The position numbers and the translations under genes are program-made. Source: Eledone cirrhosa (Eukaryota). From it: a DNA stretch of 64,000 nt. The stretch spans positions 339,636,001 to 339,700,000 of the forward strand of contig OZ024743.1 in NCBI GenBank assembly GCA_964016885.1, in the 5' to 3' direction. This document shows, one piece after another, positions 55,436 to 64,000 of the stretch; position 1 is the first letter of the stretch, and every line of letters begins with the position of its first letter. The notes beneath the pieces are model-generated. The model was given only the letters and a program-made list of their open reading frames with translations. It did not search any database and had not been told where the DNA came from.

Positions 55436-58309
55436 TATCGATAATTTCAGGCCCAAACCCTGCTAAACGCAGAGTTTAGTGATAGAGGAAAATAGAGTAG
55501 AGGGAGAGATAGTCAGAAAGCTAGAAGAGGCGTTTAGGACAGGCATCGCAACCGACGTGCTTGCGGCGAGATTAGCACTCGACCAATTCTTCAACGCAAA
55601 ACACGAAGGCTGAGTTGTTAGAGCTAGAGCGCGTGCTCTGAAACACGAGGGGATAAAAGCCGTCCAATGGGCCCGGGTGGCAGAGGCGCGACGTGGCAAC
55701 AAAGCCACAATTCGGTCTTTGTCTGACCAAAACGGGTGCGTGTTGTTCGAACCCGAGCAGATGTGTGAAGCTTTTCAGCAGCACTTTGCTGAACTGTTCG
55801 GGAGCAGCGGTGGCCCGGAGGGGGCATGGACTTCAGTGCATACCTCGACGGACTGCCTCGGCTCTCGACGACCGCAGTGTTGCGAAAAGCCAATAACAGC
55901 CGGTGAAATACGGGAAGTGATGGCTAACTGCACGAGGGGTAAATCGCCAGGTTTGGATGGTCTGCCCTACGAACTTTATGCATTTATGCCAGACTTGTTC
56001 AATGACCTCTTGGCAGACGTCTACTGCAACTGGCAGCAGAACGGGAGCATTCCCAGTTTTGTGAGCCGGGGAACGGTGGCGCTGCTGAGAAATGACCCGA
56101 ATAAGGGGGATGTTATCGATAATTTCAGGCCCATAACCCTGCTAAACGCAGAGTTCAAGATTTTGGCCAAGGTGTTAGCAACGAGGTTGGCGCTTGTCGT
56201 CAAGGGTCTGGTGTGAGAGGCGCTGAAATGCGCCATTCCGGACAGATCCATACATGACAACCTCCACCTCATGTGATACATCATAGAGAGGGTGGTTAAG
56301 GAAGGTGGCACGGGTGGGGCCCTGATCAACTTGGATCAATCCAAAGCATTCGATAGGGTCGACCATCGGTACCTGGCGGCGGTCCTCGAGGCAGCCGGTT
56401 TCGGGCCCATTTTCGGGGGTTGGATCGCTGCGATGTACAGCGACATCTGCTCAGTTGTGAGAGTGAACGGTCACCTGTCGCAGCCGTTCAGCATCATGTG
56501 CTCAGTCCGCCAGGGTTGTCCCTCTCGTCCCTCTTGTACGTATTGGCTCTTGAGCCGTTACTGCACAAACTGGGAGCGATGAGGGGCGTCCCACGCGAAC
56601 TAGGATGCGGGAAATCCGAGTCGGCTTACGCCGACGACATTACCGCGGTGGTGTCGAGCACCAGACACGTCCAGATGCTCGGCACCGCTCTCAAGGAATA
56701 CGAAGCGGTGACAGCAGCAAAGATAAACCAGGAAAAGTCGGTGGGCTTGCAGCTCGGCACCTGGAGAGGCAAGTCCATGCCGTCCGACAGCGTCGTGGGG
56801 CGTTGGACGGACGGGCCGGTTAAATTGCTCGGGGTCTGGTTCGGACCGGACCTCCAGATGGAGAAAAACTGGAACGAGGTGACGAGCAAGGTGGCCTCCC
56901 TCACCCAGAAATGGGCCGAGAGGAAGCTGTCCCTGAAAGGCCGGGCGGAGGTGGTGAATGCGTACATCGCATCCGTCATCTGTTACCGCCTCACCGTCGT
57001 CCCTTGCGCCGGCCCAACTCTCACCAAAATGGAGCGCCTCCTCTTCCGCTTTTTGTGGAAGGGACGCGCTCCTATGGTCAGACGATCCATCTGCTGTCAA
57101 CACCCGTTGCGTGGAGGACTGGGCATGCCATGGCTGATGATGCGCAAACATGCGCTGAGGCTGCGACATCTCTGGTGCTTCCTTGACGGTGAATAGGTGT
57201 GGTCGCCGTTCGCCAGGCACGTTTTCCCACAGCTTGTCTCCTTGACGGAGCTGCAGTCCTGCGTCAGAAAAAGACCGAGGGATAGCGCTTGGAAACTGGA
57301 ATGTCTCCAGGCGCTCAGTGCCCTCTGCCAGCTGGGCACCAGTATCGGTGGAACATCCACCTCGGCGTTCTATAGAGGACTAGTGGAGGGGAAGAGCGAC
57401 GACGTTCTCGGAGAGATCCTGGGCGTCGAAGAAGATCAGCTGTTTACTCTCTTCCGGAGAACTTTCAGCCCAGGGCCTATGGATAACTTCCAAAAATCCT
57501 TGGCCTGGCAGTGCTACCGGGGAGCGCTGCCGGTTCGAGATAAGCTCTACAGGCACGGAATTGCCGTCAGCCGAGTCTGTCCGAGATGCGCACAGAGCGA
57601 CGAAACCGTCGTACACGCACTCGTTCAGTGCCCGAGCATTGCTGACTTGTGGAACTATGTCGAACAGTTGCTGTCGCGTGTAGGACTGATCCGGTTATCG
57701 ACTGAGTCCATTGTGCAGGTGGTCTCACCATCTTCCTTCGAGGAGGAAGGGCAGGCGGTTTTCATCTGCCTGGTGGCCATGGCAAAAGAGATTGTGTGGT
57801 GGACAAGGTTGAAAGGGTTAAAGACAGACACTTTCCTCTTCGGCGAATCCCTAATTAACTTTTTCAACTTTCACTTGAAAAGGAAAATCAGGGTGGAGAG
57901 GCAAGTGCTGCCTTCTAGCAAGTTTGTTGAAAGGTGGGTGAATGTAGGGAGAATGGTCCGAGTGAACGGGACCACTCTGAATATACGTCTGTAGTTTGAG
58001 AAATGGAAAAATTGAGAGAGGGCACTTGCCCTGGTGGTCAGGGTGGCCGTGGTCTTTCGTGTGGTTTTCGCCACGAGTAACCCTCGGAGGTTTCCTCCCT
58101 ATTGGGGAATTTTTCATTGTTTCAATTTTCATTTTTATTGTTTATATATATATATATGTTTCTATGTCTTTTTTTTTCTTTTCTTATATAAATAATAAAA
58201 ATCTTTACACGCACAAAACCCACATCGTACCGTCCTGTACCGTCCTGTGCCGTCTGTAATGTTTTTCTTGATGTCAGCCCTTGTGGCCAATAAAGAAATC
58301 ATTATTATA

Positions 58310-58340
<31 letters not shown>
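55436..58340 (+). mobile_element. 5'-truncated Tx1/L1-clade LINE (copy 2, related subfamily) in tandem, (ATT)n tail
   Basis: RT motifs as in copy 1, ORF end at 57994, and the same 3' terminus. Confidence 0.92.
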
Positions 58341-58341
<1 letters not shown>

Positions 58342-60499
58342 TTTCAAAGTAAAGGGTGTCATGAATGATACAAAATCAAACATATGTCTTGTCTCTAAAA
58401 ACAGCAAACAGCTTAAGATAGAATTCAGAGAATAAAATTGAGCCTTAATCATTATAAGAAAGTGATTCAAATATATACATACACACATAAGTATGCACTA
58501 AGACATAACAAAACTTAAACTAGAGACAATCTGCACTGAATGTAAGATTACATAATTCGTTGAGTATCTTATTATATTTAATAAAAAATTTAAAACAAAA
58601 TATCTGATAACGGTCAATATATTTCCCTCATATGTATTCTCCACAAAATCAGAATACATTTCACCAAATAACGGTGAAATTAGATATTTTGAAACGGATC
58701 ATCAGTGAAGGAATTTCAAAATCATCTAATATATATATATATATATGAGTGTGTGTGTGTGATGTGTGTGTGTGTGTGTGTATGTGTGTGCGTGTGAGTG
58801 CGTGTGTGTCCATGAAATGCATACATACATGCTAAGAGTATTGCAATCGCCTGTCAGATTATAGAGTTTGGTGCACTTTTAGGCTACGGCCAGCCACGCG
58901 AACCTGTAACATATCCTGAATAAGCAATGCCTGTGCTTTGAAGGTTTTTTAATTGCACTCGACCAATCCCACTCTCTGACCATCGAAAACACTACCGGAA
59001 AAGGAGAACTCGTCAACATCATCGGATGCTTCCGAAGCCGCAGGTTTTTTTTCAGAGTTTCCCTCTCCTAGAAAGGTGTTGTGGACAACAACTCGGGGCC
59101 TTTCACTCCCAGATGGGGAAAAAATGCTATTTGGATGAATACCTCCTCTCTTTGCTGGGTCTTGTATTTCATCCCGCAGCGTGTCCAAATATCACCCTCC
59201 TCACCAAGCAAGCTTGGTAGGGTTGCCGGTTTAGTCGCCGGCGACCCGACCATGAGGCATACATACATACACCGTTTAAGTCAGGAACTCAGAGATAGGA
59301 TTAAATCTCCAATATCAAACGGTATCTAGAATTATCTCCAAATCACACAACATAGAATCAACGAAGGGTTCAGCCTTCATGTGAGTTCGAAATAACAGCA
59401 AAATTTCCTTGGCATCTTAAAACAATTAAAACACATATTGGATCCTGACGTTCTCATACACTGTCTTTTTTTTACTATTTATTTTCAGGGTCCCCGTGAC
59501 TATTGGGAAGAAGATATACTCAAACCGGAGACCTGGTTTGAATGTTCGCAACAGAATGGACTCTGCTAAAGGCGTCTAAGGTCCAGATAATGGATCAACG
59601 GGTTAAATATAGAATGACGAGATAGTTACGATTGGAACATCTTGATCATCGATCTGCTATAATAAGGCTGACATGGGTTTAAACAGCAACAAACCCTCAC
59701 ACAACGTTATTGTCTATTTGACTAGTAGACATCATAAAGTAACATTAATTGCGAGCCAGTGAATGTGTGTATGTGTGTATGTGTGTGTCCCCAAAATTGT
59801 CGGAGTCTCTGCAAAGGTTATCGGCACATTCCCTTACTCCAGGTCTAACGAGAAAAAAAAATTATCCGTGGCCTGTTACATCATGTAAGACCATGGAACT
59901 GCACCTGGAAATTCTTTTTCATGGTTATGCCCGGGAAAGGTTTTTTGTGGAAGACAAGTAGTTACCCATCCATAAATGTCTCTCCCCTTCACGCCACTTA
60001 TGTTGTCCAAAAGAAAGACGGAAGTTGATACAGTTTAACATTAGTGACGTAGCAGATAAACTCGGAAGGGCTGAAAGGGATACTACAATGCGTCATGTAC
60101 GACACTTGCAATACCCAGTCCACCGCACTAGACTTATACTTTATTTATTAAGCCTGAAAGGATAAAAGGCATAGTTGACATTGGTGGCAATTGAGCGCAA
60201 CGAACCAGGACAAATACCAAGAGATATATCTAATTTGTCTCTCTAACGACTTTGATGTCATTAATCTTCTTTTACCCGTAATTCCTGGAGACGTAGTAAT
60301 ATCGTAGTAACATGCGGCGAGTCTTGGATATGTTAAACCTACCAGAGCCCATCCCTCTCCAGGTATGAACACAGCTGATGTTTTCCAGTACAGAAGAGAG
60401 AAGTGAGAAAGAGATATATAGGAACAATCGATCCAGTTCCAGACTGGTACTTTTTTATATATGATAACTTCGATTTATTTCGGCCAGTATTGGCTCATG

Positions 60500-60642
60500 C
60501 CATGTCTAATTTAATAGCACTACCTCAAAAGGTTGAAAGCAAAGTTGACCTTGGCGGGATTTGAACTCAGAGCGTAGAGAGCTGGAACGAATACCGCAAA
60601 GCATTCTATCCGATATTCTGACGACTCTGCCAATTCGCCGCC
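60500..60642 (-). mobile_element. Deu/Nin-domain SINE (partial); another at ~62960-63100 (minus)
   Basis: GGCGGGATTTGAACTCAG B-box complement and A-box complement CTGCCAATTCGCCGCC. Confidence 0.7.
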
Positions 60643-60787
60643 ATGATGCCATCAGTATCACCACTAATACTTTTCTACATCCATCTCTAGTTCTTATACT
60701 GTTACCCCATCACCACCACCTCAACCACCAGCACCACCACCGCCAACAGCACTATCTCACCAGAACTAACACCGCCAACACTGTCTT

Positions 60788-60819
<32 letters not shown>

Positions 60820-61028
60820 GTGGGGTTGTGTGTGTGTATGTGTTTGTGTGTGTGTGTGTGTGTGCGTGCGTGTTTTACCTTTTTTTAGAGGGGTGGTAGT
60901 GATGGTGATTGTGATGGTGTTGGTGGAGGGTTGGGATAGTTCCTACCTTAAATTCTTATTGTTACCCAAGTCTAGCAAGGAACTAGTACTGTGTGTGTTG
61001 GGTAGTGGGTGCAAACAGGGGGGAATTA

Positions 61029-61141
61029 GGAAGAAGAAGAAGAAGAAGAAGAAGAAGAAGAAGAAGAAGAAGAAGAAGAAGAAGAAGAAGAAGAAGAAGA
61101 AGAAGACGACGATGACGACGACGACGACGAAGAAGAAGAAG
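61029..61141. repeat. (GAA)n/(GAC)n microsatellite
   Basis: Direct reading. Confidence 0.95.
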
Positions 61142-61985
61142 TGTTAGACAGTGTTGGTGTTGGGTAACAAGGTTCTTAGGAAGTGTATAGTAAAATATGT
61201 TAAAGTAATCCGACTAGCATGATGTGAGAGAGAGGAGAGAGGGAGAGAGAGGGGGGGCACACAGAGACAACAGAAATAGTAAGTGCGTGTATATGTACGT
61301 GTATGTGTGTTAATATGTATGTGTGTGACAATGTGTGACTTTCGAAATAAGAATGGAACATGTTGGCATACACACATCAATGTGCTTTGTATTTGTATTT
61401 GTAATGTAATGTGTATGTGTATGATAGTGTGCATATATAGCATGTGCGCGTGTTTGTATGATGTGTATATGAATGTATAAATAGCATATATTATATTATG
61501 ATGTACATGTGTGTTACATATGCAAATATAAATTTCAACTATACAATATTAAACATTTTTGTATTCCCATGATCCACTGCAATTAATGGTTATATCTGCA
61601 GAGTTTAATAAAAAGAATATGCGTATCTATTCACATTTATATAATCTCTGGGGCTAACAGAATACAGCGGCACCGCGAGCAGCTACCGGGGCTGTCACGT
61701 GGTAGGGGGTGCCACGTCATGTGTTTGCGATCTTCTAAATATAAAAGAAAAATATGAAAATAATAAATAAAAAGAAATATAAAAAACAGAATGTAAAAAA
61801 ATTCCCTTGAGTGGAGTCAAGTTTATTTTAAAATACTGTGTAGGTGAGCATAGGTGTGGCAGGTAAATACTGTCAGCAAAACTAAGCAGAGCACTTCTGT
61901 GGAACTGTCTACCGTAGTTTCATTCATGAATACTGTCACTAATTAGTGAATTGATTACCACACAAATGAAAAGGCAAAAGAATTA

Positions 61986-62153
61986 CCGTATTTCCCAGCA
62001 CCGAAGACGCTTCGTCCTCGAGGACGCACCCTAATTTTGACAACCAAAAATTTGAAAAGAAATGATAAACAACCTTCGGCTTCCAGAACGCATGATAGAT
62101 TTTTAAGACTTATTTTAGGAAAAAAGTAGCGTCTTCGGCGCCGGGGAATACGA
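61986..62153. mobile_element. Pogo/Tigger-type MITE with TA target duplication
   Basis: TA|CCGTATTTCCCAGCACCGAAGACGC ... GCGTCTTCGGCGCCGGGGAATACGA|TA. Confidence 0.75.
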
Positions 62154-63110
62154 TAGCTACAGATTTGGATGTAGAGCCCATCTTTTTAAAGTAAAAGAAT
62201 ACGCCGAAAAAAAGGGGAGGTTTGAATATAAATACATTGAAGGGGTTTCCAGTACAAATGACCAAGAAAGAAGATTTTAAAATGCAATACTCGAATAATT
62301 TTCTCAGTTAGAAAGTTTCTGTTTCATATGAGGGTTTTTGAATAACAAAAGAATTGTCAAATAAAAATAAATAACTGCTTATAGCTCTTGCAGGCGTTGC
62401 TCCAGAAAAGTTGCATCCAATAACTAAAACCAAGAAGAGAATTAGAAAAAAAAATTATACAGAATGATTTTATATTTTAGAATGGGCAATATCTCAACGT
62501 TTCCTATGAAAGACAAAGGATTCCTTTGCAGAGTCTTTCTTCATGTCTGGTCGGTTAAGATGATTTACAATTCTCACTTGCAATGTCTTCTCCATACGCT
62601 GGTCATTAAACGAAGGCCTTGAGCAGTGATGTACTAAGCAGAATAGGTGGACTACCAATGGCCCACATCAAAGGTTTGGTGGTACACGGCGAGTTTTATG
62701 CCCTTGCATTATATGTTACATGATACAAATAAAAGTATATTTATATTTAGTGATCCATCAAATTTGTGGCGTCATCTTCTGTAAAATTTGTGCATCACTG
62801 GTATAGAGGACAATAAACAAACGCTGCTGCAAGGAATGTAATCCCTGTAAAAGCAAATCCAAAGAAACAGTCTTTGGTGATACGACAGGATATATAATAT
62901 TGGTTAGCATAAGTAAAAGGCTACACATTTTAGTAAGAATATAGTCAACTTAATCGATCACAGTACATGACTAGTATTCAGTTTACAGATCTCGATGGAT
63001 GAAAGGCAAAGTCAACTCCGGTGGAAGTTGACCTCAACATAAAAGTACGAAACTAAATACATGTAAGACATTTTGACTATCGCTCTGACGATTCTGTCAT
63101 CCAGAGCTAG

Positions 63111-63250
<140 letters not shown>

Positions 63251-63358
63251 ACATACTCGCTCACTTTCTCTCTCTCCATCGCTCTAACTATATGTATATA
63301 TACATATATACATTTATACACACACACATATATTTATATTCATATATTTATATTTATA

Positions 63359-63401
<43 letters not shown>

Positions 63402-63404
63402 AAG

Positions 63405-63595
63405 GGGGTGTGGTAAGATACCAGGTGGACCATAACGCACAGAGTACTCAATACCAGAGTACTCAATACTTAGGGTAGTAGAGTGGGTAATAGGAAAAGA
63501 GTCAGGACCCCGACGGCTGAGCTCCCGCCGTTTCGACAGCTAGATCCGAACTTCGGATCTAGCTGTCGCTCAGCCGTCGGGGTCCTGACTATTAT

Positions 63596-63600
<5 letters not shown>
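63405..63600. mobile_element. Fold-back mini-copy of the Naiad-like PLE 3' end
   Basis: Reverse complement of 39150-39270, followed by a palindrome and a sense piece. (TA)n flanks. Confidence 0.75.
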
Positions 63601-63654
<54 letters not shown>

Positions 63655-63658
<4 letters not shown>

Positions 63659-64000
63659 GAATAATCGAGTATCGAAAAATCGGCGCACGAGTTCACGATA
63701 AACAAAATTCGAGATGAGCGGCAGAGGGCTCTATAATTCAAATAAATTAGAGCTATAACTATCGTTAAATACCGTCACACGTAGAATATGTCTACAATCA
63801 ACCAAATAACCGATAAGTTCGATATGGAAGATTCGGGACACTCAGATAAATTATCAATAAATCAATAAATGAAATGAATGTAAAATGCATACCCGGACCC
63901 ACTAGAGAGATGGAATATCTAGCTTCTTGGGTTTCTGTAAATCCTTAAACCGTCATCTATCAGCTCATATAAAAATATAAGACTTACAGATGCCGGGGGA
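63655..64000. repeat. Diverged copy of the unclassified 5403-6165 repeat (runs off window)
   Basis: Blocks AGAGCTATAACTA, ACCCGGACCC.CTAGA and CTAGCTT.TTGG.TTTCTG are shared in opposite orientation. Confidence 0.6.

Larger units (their letters stand above)
49732..55438 (+). mobile_element. Near full-length Tx1/L1-clade LINE (copy 1), flanked by (ATT)n
   Basis: 5'UTR, ORF1 and ORF2 remnants, and a 3' end CCTTGTGGCCAATAAA..AATC-(ATT)n. Confidence 0.9.

Overview
Eukaryotic, gene-poor, repeat-dense window, most likely from an octopus/cephalopod genome. This is an inference from the abundant Deu/Nin-domain tRNA-SINE and the dense (TA)n/(TG)n/(ATT)n microsatellites. No host protein-coding gene is supportable. 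The window is a nest of mobile DNA: two near full-length Penelope-like elements (PLEs), further PLE fragments (one Naiad-like), two tandem Tx1/L1-clade LINEs in (ATT)n, RTE LINEs (one with a twin-priming inversion), a HERO-like fragment, a degraded Helitron, hAT relics, MITEs and SINEs. Three signals stand out. (i) About 20 type-I hammerhead ribozyme (HHR) motifs from about 10 unrelated families, including U3-A8 core variants. (ii) A ~420-bp tandem array with one HHR per unit (candidate circRNA-producing retrozyme), plus several non-coding fold-back HHR elements with PLE-like inverted ends. (iii) A Neptune-like PLE whose 400-aa upstream ORF is joined to the RT-GIY-YIG ORF by an in-frame U_UUU_UUA -1 slippery heptamer, a gag-pol-like layout. 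All folds and family calls were made by eye and need computational confirmation.
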